Below are positions 33,201 to 45,908 of a DNA stretch of 46,367 nt, in pieces. Made by a program: the position numbers and the translations under genes. The notes below the pieces were generated by a model. The model ran no database searches. It was not told the DNA's origin and saw nothing but the letters and a program-made list of their open reading frames with translations. The stretch comes from Desulfuromonadales bacterium (GTDB lineage: Bacteria; Desulfobacterota; Desulfuromonadia; Desulfuromonadales; BM103), in the NCBI GenBank assembly GCA_030630015.1, contig DAOVNV010000001.1, positions 1-46,367 on the forward strand, given 5' to 3'. The first letter of the stretch is position 1; the number at the start of each line of letters is the position of its first letter.

Positions 33201-34058
33201 ATGGCTAAAAGACCTGCCCTTGGTAAAGGGATCGGTGCGCTGCTTTCCTCGGCAACCCAGGAAGGCCGGCACAAATACTTTTTGTGTCCGGTTGAGGAGT
33301 TGCGGCCGCATCAGCATCAGCCGCGCAAGACATTCAACGACGACAAGATGGCTGAACTGGTCGCCTCGGTTCGCGAAAAGGGCGTTATCCAGCCGCTGGT
33401 AGTGCGTTGGGCTGAAGATCACTACCAGATTATTGCTGGAGAGCGGCGTTGGCGTGCCGCGCAGAAAGCGGGCTTGAAGGATGTCCCGGTTGTCATTCAG
33501 GATGTTTCGGAAGACTGGGCATTGGAGATGGCGCTGATCGAGAATATTCAGCGTGAAGATCTTAATCCAATTGAAGAAGCTGACGCCTACCGGAACCTGA
33601 TGGCAAGTTTCGACCTTTCTCAGGATGAGGTGGCCCGGCGTGTTGGGAAGGATCGTTCGACGGTGGCCAACGCCCTGCGTCTGCTGCGCCTGCCGGATGA
33701 GGTTCAGCAGGATGTGATCGAGGGGCGCCTGAGCATGGGACATGCCCGCACCCTTCTGTCTCTCGACGGCAAAGCGAAGCTGCAGGACGCCCGTAACCAG
33801 ATCGTCAGGAAACAGCTTTCCGTGCGTCAGACGGAAGCTTTGGTCAAAAAGCTTAAAGCCGGACCGCAACCAGGTTCGGAGCGCTTCAAGCAGGTTGACC
33901 CGGAGTTGGCCGACCTGACCAGTCGGCTGCAGCGCAAGTTGGGGACAAAGGTAAAAATTCAGCTAAAGGCTCGTGGAGCATGTGATGGAAAGATCGAAAT
34001 TGCTTTCCATTCAGCCGAGGAGCTGGAGCGTCTTCTGGAGTGGTTCGAACTCCGTTGA
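33201..34058 (+). CDS. parB: Chromosome partitioning protein ParB (Spo0J)
   Basis: MAKRPALGKGIGALL N-terminus, the ParB box GERRWRAA and the HTH region. It starts 2 nt after the parA stop. Confidence 0.9.
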   Translation: MAKRPALGKGIGALLSSATQEGRHKYFLCPVEELRPHQHQPRKTFNDDKMAELVASVREKGVIQPLVVRWAEDHYQIIAGERRWRAAQKAGLKDVPVVIQDVSEDWALEMALIENIQREDLNPIEEADAYRNLMASFDLSQDEVARRVGKDRSTVANALRLLRLPDEVQQDVIEGRLSMGHARTLLSLDGKAKLQDARNQIVRKQLSVRQTEALVKKLKAGPQPGSERFKQVDPELADLTSRLQRKLGTKVKIQLKARGACDGKIEIAFHSAEELERLLEWFELR

Positions 34059-34087
34059 CGCGCGGTTCTGCCACGGGGAACAGAAAC

Positions 34088-34504
34088 ATGTTTGGTAAAA
34101 AGGACAAAGAAATGATGCGCAAGGAAACACCGATTGAAAAAAGCGAAATCAAGGCTTTTCTCGGCCCCGGCAGCCAGTTCGATGGCAAGCTGGTTTTTAA
34201 TGAAATCGTCCGTCTGGATGGTGCTTTCCGCGGTGAGGTGACGTCCCGCGACACACTGATTGTGGGTGAGTCGGCCGACATCCAGGCAGACGTCGAAGTG
34301 GGCACTCTGATTCTGAGTGGACGCTTCCGGGGCAATATCAAGGCGTCAGCACGGGTCGAGTTGAGAGCTCCGGCTGATATTGATGGCTCTATCGAAACCC
34401 CGGCCCTTTCCATTGAAGACGGTGTCACCCTGAACGGGACGGTGACCATGAAGCGTGCCGGTGACACCGGCAGCAGCTCGGCGCCGGCAGCTGAAAAGAA
34501 GTAA
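34088..34504 (+). CDS. Bactofilin (DUF583) cytoskeletal protein
   Basis: 138 aa from the internal ATG 34088. A beta-helical repeat pattern is present (FDGKLVFNEIVRLDGAFRGEVTSRDTLIVGESADIQADVEVGTLILSGRFRGNI...). The tail is Ser/Ala/Lys-rich. Confidence 0.8.
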   Translation: MFGKKDKEMMRKETPIEKSEIKAFLGPGSQFDGKLVFNEIVRLDGAFRGEVTSRDTLIVGESADIQADVEVGTLILSGRFRGNIKASARVELRAPADIDGSIETPALSIEDGVTLNGTVTMKRAGDTGSSSAPAAEKK

Positions 34505-34570
34505 TACCTGTTCACTGCAACAGGTCTGCAGCTAGTTCATTAATCCGCTTAACGCACCCCCCAAAAGTTC

Positions 34571-34599
34571 TTGACAGGGTTTATGGGCTATGGTAACAA
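34571..34599 (+). promoter_or_regulatory. Putative sigma70 promoter of the atp operon
   Basis: TTGACA (34571-76), a 17-nt spacer preceded by TGG, then TAACAA (34594-99). The -10 is weak. Confidence 0.4.
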
Positions 34600-34649
34600 T
34601 CCACTGCTTTTGAACCGGGAGTACGGCTTTTATTTAGACGCAGCTAATA

Positions 34650-34666
34650 TTGTATACAGTATACCG
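34650..34666. promoter_or_regulatory. GntR-type operator-like site in the atp leader
   Basis: TTGTATACAGTATACCG matches the perfect palindrome TTGTATACTGTATACAA at 45861-45877 at 14 of 17 positions. It lies 36 nt upstream of the atp b' start codon. Confidence 0.4.
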
Positions 34667-34701
34667 TTGTCAGCAGCGGTGTCAGCTCACGAGGTGAGAC
34701 G

Positions 34702-35127
34702 GTGATCGAGATTAACTGGACACTGTTTCTGCAGTTTGCCAACTTCATGATTTTGATGGCGGTGCTTAATGCGCTGCTCTTCAAGCCCCTGCGGGCGGTC
34801 CTGAAACAACGTCAGGAAACCATCGAAGGTTCCAAGTCCAAGGTTCAGGATCTGGAAGAGCAGGTGCAGGCGCAGGTGGCACGCTACGAGGCACAGCTGC
34901 AGGACGCCAAGCAGAAAGGCGCCCAGGAGCGTGCGGCGCTCCGTCAGGCGGCACAGCAGGAAGAGTCCCATATGCTCGGTGAGGCGCGGAACCAGGCGAC
35001 CGAGCGGCTACAGAGCATCAAGGAAAAGGTTGCGGGAGAGGCTGACGCTGCACGCCAATCCCTTCGCAGCGAGACCGAAGGCATAGCAAAGCAGATTGCC
35101 GGCAAGGTCCTGGGGAGGGATATCTGA
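34702..35127 (+). CDS. ATP synthase F0 subunit b' (second b-type subunit)
   Basis: 141 aa with one N-terminal TM helix (LFLQFANFMILMAVLNALLF) followed by a long charged coiled-coil. The GTG start has GAGGTGAG upstream. Confidence 0.75.
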   Translation: MIEINWTLFLQFANFMILMAVLNALLFKPLRAVLKQRQETIEGSKSKVQDLEEQVQAQVARYEAQLQDAKQKGAQERAALRQAAQQEESHMLGEARNQATERLQSIKEKVAGEADAARQSLRSETEGIAKQIAGKVLGRDI

Positions 35128-35725
35128 TGATGTTCAACAAGAATTCACGAATGAATCTCCTTGGGAAGGTGACCGGAGTGCTGGCCCTGCTCCTGATTCC
35201 GGCGGTCGCAATGGCCTCCGGCGGCGGTGAGCAGCATGCTGACAGCGGCGTGCTCATCAAGGACTTTGCCTACCGGTGCTTCAATTTCGCCCTGCTGGTC
35301 GGATTGCTGGTCTACTTTGTCAGGAAACCGATTCGCAACGGTTTGCACAGTCGGCGAGAAGAGATTGAAAAGACTCTGACGGATGCTCAGGCGGCGCAGG
35401 AAGCTGCCGAAGCCAAATATCGCGAGTACAGCGAGAAACTGGAGAAAGCGACCGAAGAGATCGAGGCGATCAGCGCCTCAATCCGTCGCGAGGGAGAACT
35501 TGAGCGAGACAAGATTCTGGAAAGCGCCAGGGAAATGTCAGCGAAAATCCAGCAGGAGGCCGATGCCAAAGCGGCTAACGCGGTTGCCGGTGCCAAGGCT
35601 GAACTGCGCGAAGAGGCTGCCCGGCTTGCCGTGGAGTTGGCCGAAGAACTGCTGAAAAAAGAATTCTCGCCGAAGGATCAGAAGCGACTGGTCGACGAAT
35701 ATATGCTGAAAGTGGGAGAACTCCA

Positions 35726-35729
<4 letters not shown>
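35127..35729 (+). CDS. atpF: ATP synthase F0 subunit b
   Basis: 200 aa with a TM helix plus an Ala/Glu/Lys-rich coiled-coil. The ATG overlaps the upstream TGA. Confidence 0.8.
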
Positions 35730-37790
<2,061 letters not shown>

Positions 37791-37818
37791 TAACGGAACA
37801 GCGATCAGGTAGGGACAC

Positions 37819-40157
<2,339 letters not shown>

Positions 40158-40189
40158 TCGGGCCGCCGGATGGTATAGAGGATTAAGGC

Positions 40190-40600
40190 ATGGCAGAAAA
40201 GCTCAAACTGGAACTGGTCACGCCCTACAAACAGGTGCTGTCTGAGGAAGTCGATGAAGTGACCGCTCCTGGCAGTATCGGCGAGTTCGGTGTTTTGCCC
40301 GGGCATACGACCCTGCTGACCACCTTGAAGATTGGTGAGCTGATTTACAAGCAAGGCAATCAGTCGTATTATGTCGCCCTCAACTGGGGCTATGTAGAGG
40401 TCGAAGATGATACTATGACAGTGCTTGTCGAAACGGCAGAACTGGCTGATGAAATCGACCTTGAGCGGGCCAAGGCAGCTTTGGGGCGGGCTGAAGAGGC
40501 ACTCAAGACCATTGACCCTGGTGACAAGCGGTTTAGAACCATGGAGACGGCTCTGGAACGGGCTTTGATCCGGATGCAGGTGGCCGGACATAAATCCTGA
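40190..40600 (+). CDS. atpC: ATP synthase F1 subunit epsilon
   Basis: 136 aa starting LKLELVTPYKQVLSEEVDEVTAPGSIGEFGVLPGH. It is the last gene of the operon. Confidence 0.9.
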   Translation: MAEKLKLELVTPYKQVLSEEVDEVTAPGSIGEFGVLPGHTTLLTTLKIGELIYKQGNQSYYVALNWGYVEVEDDTMTVLVETAELADEIDLERAKAALGRAEEALKTIDPGDKRFRTMETALERALIRMQVAGHKS

Positions 40601-40624
40601 TTCGACACAAGAATATATATATAG

Positions 40625-40659
40625 AAAAAAGGGCGACCCGTTTGGGCCGCCCTTTTTTG
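40625..40659. terminator. Bidirectional rho-independent terminator (atp operon / cyd cluster)
   Basis: A6 (40625-30), then stem GGGCGACCC (40631-39) / GGGCCGCCC (40644-52) with one mismatch, loop GTTT, then T6 (40653-58). It lies between convergent atpC and the cydX-like ORF. Confidence 0.8.
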
Positions 40660-40734
40660 TAAGAGTTATTCAGTTTAAAAATCCGAAACCGTAGAGAGAC
40701 GGTGAATGCTCGGTGATTCAGGTTCAGGAGAAGA

Positions 40735-40827
40735 TTAGAGCAACCCGGCTTTTTTCAGAGCAATCTCTGCCCCTCTACAGGCAACGACCAGAACTGCAAT
40801 CCAGCTGAAGATTAGAAGAAACGTCAC
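40735..40827 (-). CDS. cydX: Cytochrome bd small subunit, CydX-like (30 aa)
   Basis: An unlisted small ORF 15 nt downstream of the cydB stop, with a GTG start and AAAGGA upstream. It translates to (M)TFLLIFSWIAVLVVACRGAEIALKKAGLL. The single TM helix and the F-x-W-I ... A-C pattern resemble E. coli CydX (WYFAWILGTLLACSFGVITAL). Confidence 0.55.
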   Translation of the reverse strand: MTFLLIFSWIAVLVVACRGAEIALKKAGLL

Positions 40828-40842
40828 GGTAGGATCCTTTCC

Positions 40843-41982
40843 TTAATAAAAATCATGGCCTTTGTCGGAACTGATATCGGATGCAGACAGCTTGCCCGTG
40901 TCCATGGCGCGCCAGACATATATGATGTAAGCCAGTACAAACGGAATGGCCAGGGCGATATAAGACATGGCTGTCAGAGTAATATGGCTACTCGAAGCAT
41001 TGTGAATGGTCAGGCTGCTCTGCAGGTCAAACTTGGACGGATAAAATGCGGTGTTGTTGTATCCGGCCGTGAACAGCAGGGAGAGCACAACCAGTACCGT
41101 TCCCGGCCCGGCCGCCCAGATGCCGCTGCGTTTGTCGGTGAACCGTGTTGCAGCAACACCGAGAACGACCAGTACCAGCCCGACCAGCAGAAAGCCGATG
41201 CCCTGAACCGGCATGGCCAGCAGGTTGTGCAGGTACTTGCCGCTTTCCATGGAGATAATGCCGGTAGCCGGGTCGACGGCAAAGCCGGACATGACCAGCA
41301 GCGAAATCAACACGTACAGCAAAAATGGCAGCGAGTAGATCAGGTTGGTGAGGGCCGCCTTGCGCAAATCGGTTTCGAGCTCCTGATGAACCAAGTTGTT
41401 GACCAGATACATGGCGCCAAGGGTTCTGGCGTGGAAGACCAGGAAAAGCCCGAATGACAGGTTGAACAGGCTGAATGCCGCCTCGAGTCCGCGCAGCGGA
41501 TGCTGCCAGAAGACTTGGTTGTAGTCGTTTAACAGGAAGTTTGATCCGGTAAAAAAGGTACCGATCGCCACACCGATGAGCAACAGGCCGACGCTACCGT
41601 TGATAAACAGGAATATCTCATGGGTACGCGCCCCGAGGAAATTCCCCGGCTTCTTGCGAAATTCGTAACTGACAGCCTGTAAAATGAAGGTCAACAGGAT
41701 TGAAATCCACACCCAGTAGGCCCCGCCGAAGCTGCTGGCGTAAAATAGCGGGAAGGCGGCGAACAGGGCGCCGCCGAACAGCACCAGGGTTGTAAAGCCC
41801 AGCTCCCATTTCCTGCCCAGAGAGTTGACCATCAGGGACTTGGCTTCTTCATCTTTTGGAATGGTCAACAGCAGCGTCTGGCCGCCCTGGACGAAGGTCA
41901 TGAAGATAAACAAGGCGCCGACCAGGGAACAGATCAGCCACCAGAGAACTTGAAGTGTATTGAGGTCGAGTTGTCCAATCAT
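40843..41982 (-). CDS. cydB: Cytochrome bd ubiquinol oxidase subunit II
   Basis: 379 aa from the internal ATG 41982, which lies 1 nt after the cydA stop. It starts MIGQLDLNTLQVLWWLICSLVGALFIFMTFVQGGQ and is polytopic. Confidence 0.9.
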   Translation of the reverse strand: MIGQLDLNTLQVLWWLICSLVGALFIFMTFVQGGQTLLLTIPKDEEAKSLMVNSLGRKWELGFTTLVLFGGALFAAFPLFYASSFGGAYWVWISILLTFILQAVSYEFRKKPGNFLGARTHEIFLFINGSVGLLLIGVAIGTFFTGSNFLLNDYNQVFWQHPLRGLEAAFSLFNLSFGLFLVFHARTLGAMYLVNNLVHQELETDLRKAALTNLIYSLPFLLYVLISLLVMSGFAVDPATGIISMESGKYLHNLLAMPVQGIGFLLVGLVLVVLGVAATRFTDKRSGIWAAGPGTVLVVLSLLFTAGYNNTAFYPSKFDLQSSLTIHNASSSHITLTAMSYIALAIPFVLAYIIYVWRAMDTGKLSASDISSDKGHDFY

Positions 41983-41983
41983 G

Positions 41984-43519
41984 TTATTTGTCCTCCGGCC
42001 CGATGGAAATCTGCTTGAACATAATGCCCAGCTCGGCAATCAGTAAAATGGTAAACAGCACCAGAAAAATGAAAAAAGTTGTCTGTACCGTTGCCGTCGT
42101 CAGATTGGAACGGGCGACGGTGACGGGCAGAAGGCCCTGTATCGCCCAAGGCTGGCGACCGACCTCAGCCACGACCCAGCCGGCTTCAGAGGCAATATAA
42201 CCGAGGAACAGGGAGCAGAAGCCAAGCCTCAATAGCCATTTCTTCGGTTCGATACTGTTGCGCATGGTGAAAAACAGCATGGCTGCAAACAAGATTGGAA
42301 AGTAGCTCCCGAGCGTGACCATCACCCGGAAACTGTAAAATGAAAGTGCCACCGGTGGGACCGCCTCTTCGGGTGTTTCCAGAAAACCGTAGCCGAGATT
42401 ATGCTGGTGTTCCCTGAAGGTGACGAGTGCAGCGTTGGCCGCCTGGGTCTTGCCGGCTTTCTGGAATCCCTTGTAGCGAGCGAGTTCCTCGACGGCGATC
42501 TTGCCGGAGGCCATTTTGTCAGTGACGCCGACGATATCCTGTGCAGGGTTGCCGTAGACAAGATCGTTGATGCCGGGCACGAAACTGTTCAGGTTGCGGT
42601 TGGCAAGGATTGACAGGGCATAGGGCAACTTGACGGCGAAGATGTATGGCTCTTTGTCATCCCCTGGCTGTTTATCGGTATTCAGAAGGCCAACCGCACA
42701 GAGGGAACAGCCTTTTTCACCATCATAAAGACCCTCGATCGCAGCGAGCTTCATCGGCTGCTTCTGGGCGACAATGTAAGCCCCTTCGTCGCCGGTGAAG
42801 CCCACAACTAAAGACGCCAGCAAACCGAATACCGACGCAACAATAATGCTGCGTTTGGCCGTCATTATGTGGCGCTTCTTGAGTAGGAACCAACAGGAAA
42901 TGCCCACCACGAACAGGGCTGCTACCTGGAAACTGGAACTGGTCGTATGGGTGAACTTGCTTATAGCCACAGGAGAGAGCAGGATTTCCATGAAATTCTG
43001 CATCTCAAAGCGGGCCGAGTCAGGATTGAAGGCCATGCCGACCGGAACCTGCATCCAGCCGTTGGCAACCAGTATCCAGAGTGCGGAGAGGTTGGAGCCG
43101 ATGGCCACCATCCAGGTTGAAAACAGGTGGAACCGTTTTGAGACACGATCCCAGCCGAAGAACATTACCGCAAAGAAAGTTGCTTCGAGAAAGAAAGCGA
43201 ACAGCCCTTCAGCGGCCAATGGTGCGCCGAAGATGTCGCCAACTATCCAGGAGTAATTGGACCAGTTGGTGCCGAACTGAAATTCTAGAATGATGCCGGT
43301 TGCGACGCCGATCGCGAAATTGACCGCAAACAAGCGCATCCAGAACTTGGTAATCTGCTTCCAGTGCTCGTTGCCGGTGCGGACATAAAGGGTCTCGAAA
43401 AAGGCCAGCAAGAAAGACAGTCCAAGTGTGAGTGGAACGAAGATCCAGTGGTACATTGCCGTCAGAGCAAACTGGGCTCTGGCCCAGTTGACCTGGGTTA
43501 AGTCAATGGATTCAATCAA
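41984..43519 (-). CDS. cydA: Cytochrome bd ubiquinol oxidase subunit I
   Basis: 511 aa with WARAQFALTAMYHWIFVPLTLG, GAPLAAEGLFAFFLEATF and a long Q-loop region. The TTG start has AGGAGG 5 nt upstream. Confidence 0.9.
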   Translation of the reverse strand: MIESIDLTQVNWARAQFALTAMYHWIFVPLTLGLSFLLAFFETLYVRTGNEHWKQITKFWMRLFAVNFAIGVATGIILEFQFGTNWSNYSWIVGDIFGAPLAAEGLFAFFLEATFFAVMFFGWDRVSKRFHLFSTWMVAIGSNLSALWILVANGWMQVPVGMAFNPDSARFEMQNFMEILLSPVAISKFTHTTSSSFQVAALFVVGISCWFLLKKRHIMTAKRSIIVASVFGLLASLVVGFTGDEGAYIVAQKQPMKLAAIEGLYDGEKGCSLCAVGLLNTDKQPGDDKEPYIFAVKLPYALSILANRNLNSFVPGINDLVYGNPAQDIVGVTDKMASGKIAVEELARYKGFQKAGKTQAANAALVTFREHQHNLGYGFLETPEEAVPPVALSFYSFRVMVTLGSYFPILFAAMLFFTMRNSIEPKKWLLRLGFCSLFLGYIASEAGWVVAEVGRQPWAIQGLLPVTVARSNLTTATVQTTFFIFLVLFTILLIAELGIMFKQISIGPEDK

Positions 43520-43533
43520 TGCGGCCTCCTGAT

Positions 43534-43758
43534 TCAGTTGTTGGGTGACGCCTGGTCAGTCAGGTTGCTGATGACATGCTCCGAGCGCTCCGCATCCGTA
43601 GAAAAATGAGTTTGCAGGTAGTCTTGAAAGAAAACCTGGCTCAATACATAGAGAATAACCAGCTTGATAAGAATAATGGTCCAGAGTGTTCGGCCTACCA
43701 CCATGGAGCGAAACCCGTCACGATAGAACAGGACCGTGTTTTTGAGGAGAGGCATCAT
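43534..43758 (-). CDS. Small membrane protein, DUF4492-like, upstream of cydA
   Basis: 74 aa from ATG 43758 (AAGGA upstream). FYRDGFRSMVVGRTLWTIILIKLVILYVL resembles the DUF4492 family often encoded 5' of cydAB. The family assignment is from memory. Confidence 0.6.
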   Translation of the reverse strand: MMPLLKNTVLFYRDGFRSMVVGRTLWTIILIKLVILYVLSQVFFQDYLQTHFSTDAERSEHVISNLTDQASPNN

Positions 43759-43974
43759 GCTTTTTCCTTTATTGAACGACGCCAATTATAACCAATTTAG
43801 TATTCAAGGCAAGTAAAATATGATGTGGCATTCGTTAATGATAAATCCAGAGGAGAGAAAAGTAAGGAACGGTCCGCAGGAAATGAGGTACTGAACTTCC
43901 CAGCGGAGGAGACGGGTTCTGACGACTGCACAGGAGGCAAGATCGTAATAATGGCAGAGGGGTTGATCTTCGAT

Positions 43975-44751
43975 TTAAGAGAAACAAATCAGGCTGGTCT
44001 GCCGAAGAGACCGAACCAAGTCCTCAGGGCGATGGGCTTCCAGGGTTACAGAGGGCAAGGTGGGCAGGGAAGAGATCGTTGAGAAAAGCAGTTTGAAATC
44101 GATTTCGCCGTCACCGACCGGCAGATGTTCATCCGCGCTGCCGCAGTTGTCATGTAGATGGAGATGAAAAAGGCGTGGCAGGATCGATGTCAGCCAATCC
44201 CCCATCGGCACCTGCCCGAACAGGTGCCAGTGTCCAATGTCGAAACAGTGGCCGAAACGGGGAGAATGGATCGAATCAACCAGGCTGGTCAGGGTGCCTG
44301 GAGAGGTCTCGTAGATGTTCTCGATTGCCAGGCGGCAGCCTGAATTGGCGGTATGCTCCAGCAACTCGAGGAAGAAAGCACGGGCATGTTCGAGCCACAA
44401 ATCCTCCATGCCGGGATAGCGCCAGTGGTCGAAACCAGGGTGAACGACCATGAGATGGGCGTTAAGTTGATCGGCGATCTGCAAGGTCTGCAGGAGGCGC
44501 TGCCTGGTGATCTGGCGAACCAATGGGTCGAGAGCGCCGGGGTTGAGGTCCAGAAAAGGCGCATGAATGGTCGGGTGCATGCCGGCCTGGGCAAACTGTT
44601 GCGCCAGTTGTTCAACCCTGGCCAGGTCGATGTCGTCGAGATCCGTACCCTTGAACGCTATCTCCGGGGTCAGACCCAGATCGAGTACGAGAGTCAGAAA
44701 ATCGTCAAGACGTGACCAGGGAAGATGTGCTCCGAGTGGTTCAGACAACAT
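43975..44751 (-). CDS. Sugar phosphate isomerase/epimerase (xylose-isomerase-like TIM barrel, AP endonuclease 2 superfamily)
   Basis: Motifs HAPFLDLNPG, MVVHPG, LAIEN and HLHLHDN are typical of this fold. The start is ATG 44751 or TTG 44778, and either overlaps the upstream channel gene. Confidence 0.7.
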   Translation of the reverse strand: MLSEPLGAHLPWSRLDDFLTLVLDLGLTPEIAFKGTDLDDIDLARVEQLAQQFAQAGMHPTIHAPFLDLNPGALDPLVRQITRQRLLQTLQIADQLNAHLMVVHPGFDHWRYPGMEDLWLEHARAFFLELLEHTANSGCRLAIENIYETSPGTLTSLVDSIHSPRFGHCFDIGHWHLFGQVPMGDWLTSILPRLFHLHLHDNCGSADEHLPVGDGEIDFKLLFSTISSLPTLPSVTLEAHRPEDLVRSLRQTSLICFS

Positions 44752-45754
44752 CGGTTTCGCCACTGGCAATTTGCTCAAGCCGCGTGATCAAAGGGGCTTC
44801 ACCCAGTGTAATCAGAATGCTGCGCGCCTCGATAATTGTATGGGGGGGCGGATTGAAAACCATATGGTCATCGGTGCGTTTGATGCCCACGATGATAATG
44901 CCCATGTTCTGCCTGATGCCGGACGTAACCAGGGTTTTGCCAACCAGGGACGAGCGCTCGCTGACCAGGATTTCTTCAAGCTGCAACTCCAGGTTTTCAC
45001 TGGCCGTGGCAAGCTCGATGAAATCGACAACCGATGGACGTAATATCGCCTGGGCCATTCGGCTGGCCCCGATCGTGTAAGGTGAAATAACTTTCGATGC
45101 ACCAGCCCGCATGAGCTTCTTCTCAGAGCCCTCTTCTCCAGCCCGAGCCAGAATGAACAGGCCGGGGTTCAGGCCGCGGGCAGTCAGCGTGATATAGACG
45201 TTGTCGGTGTCGGAAGTCACTACAGTAATTAGACCTTGCGCGTTTTCGATGCCGGCGGCTTGAAGAGTCTCGTCACAGGTTGCATCCCCCTCGACAGAAA
45301 GATAGCCATCACGGTTGAGGCGCTCGCAGAGGTGCGGATTCTTTTCAACAACCACAAAGGGCAGCGGCCGAGCCTGGAATTCTCGGCAGATCAGGGTGCC
45401 AATGCGTCCAAAACCACAGATAATGTAGTGTCCATGCAGTTTGCTGATACGGCTTTCCAATTTCTTCCTCCCGAGTAAACGGCGCAGTTGCCCTTCGACC
45501 ATCAGCTGAATCAGGCTGCCGACAGCATAGGCGATGATGCCGCAGCCGGAAATGATCAAGAAAAGGGTAAACGCCTTGCCGAACGGCGTCAGCATGTGAA
45601 CTTCTTTGTAGCCGACAGTCGACAGGGTGATGACTGTCATGTACAGGGAGTCGAACAGGGGCCAGTCCTCGATTAGCGTGTAGCCGAACGAGCCGATCGC
45701 AATCACTGTAATCAGAATAATCAGTGAGAATCTTAAGTGTCGAACCGGGTCCAT
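44741..45754 (-). CDS. Two-TM potassium-channel-like protein with cytoplasmic RCK (TrkA-N/TrkA-C) domains
   Basis: 337 aa with an M1-pore-M2 architecture. The pore signature reads TLSTVGYK. A Rossmann motif (HYIICGFGRIGTLICREF) and a TrkA-C-like C-terminus follow. Confidence 0.8.
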   Translation of the reverse strand: MDPVRHLRFSLIILITVIAIGSFGYTLIEDWPLFDSLYMTVITLSTVGYKEVHMLTPFGKAFTLFLIISGCGIIAYAVGSLIQLMVEGQLRRLLGRKKLESRISKLHGHYIICGFGRIGTLICREFQARPLPFVVVEKNPHLCERLNRDGYLSVEGDATCDETLQAAGIENAQGLITVVTSDTDNVYITLTARGLNPGLFILARAGEEGSEKKLMRAGASKVISPYTIGASRMAQAILRPSVVDFIELATASENLELQLEEILVSERSSLVGKTLVTSGIRQNMGIIIVGIKRTDDHMVFNPPPHTIIEARSILITLGEAPLITRLEQIASGETDVV

Positions 45755-45850
45755 AAACCGTCCCTGTTAAAAAGTAACATGATGATAGTCATGGAAATCA
45801 TAAAAGGCAAGCAGTTAAGCATGGTTGGCGGGGAATGGCAATAATTTCGC

Positions 45851-45878
45851 TTGACAATAGTTGTATACTGTATACAAT
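45851..45878 (+). promoter_or_regulatory. Sigma70 promoter with overlapping palindromic operator of the GntR gene
   Basis: TTGACA (45851-56), a 16-nt spacer, then TACAAT (45873-78). The perfect 17-bp palindrome TTGTATAC-T-GTATACAA (45861-77) spans the spacer and the -10. Confidence 0.65.
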
Positions 45879-45908
45879 TTGCTAGGAACTACTAAACGGA
45901 GTTTTACT

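Noticed and set aside
43963-43976. FNR/CRP-like sequence TTGATCTTCGATTT upstream of the cyd cluster
   Set aside because: Only one half-site (TTGAT) fits TTGAT-N4-ATCAA, and the second arm has 3 of 5 mismatches. It also overlaps the stop codon of the isomerase gene. This is too weak to call.
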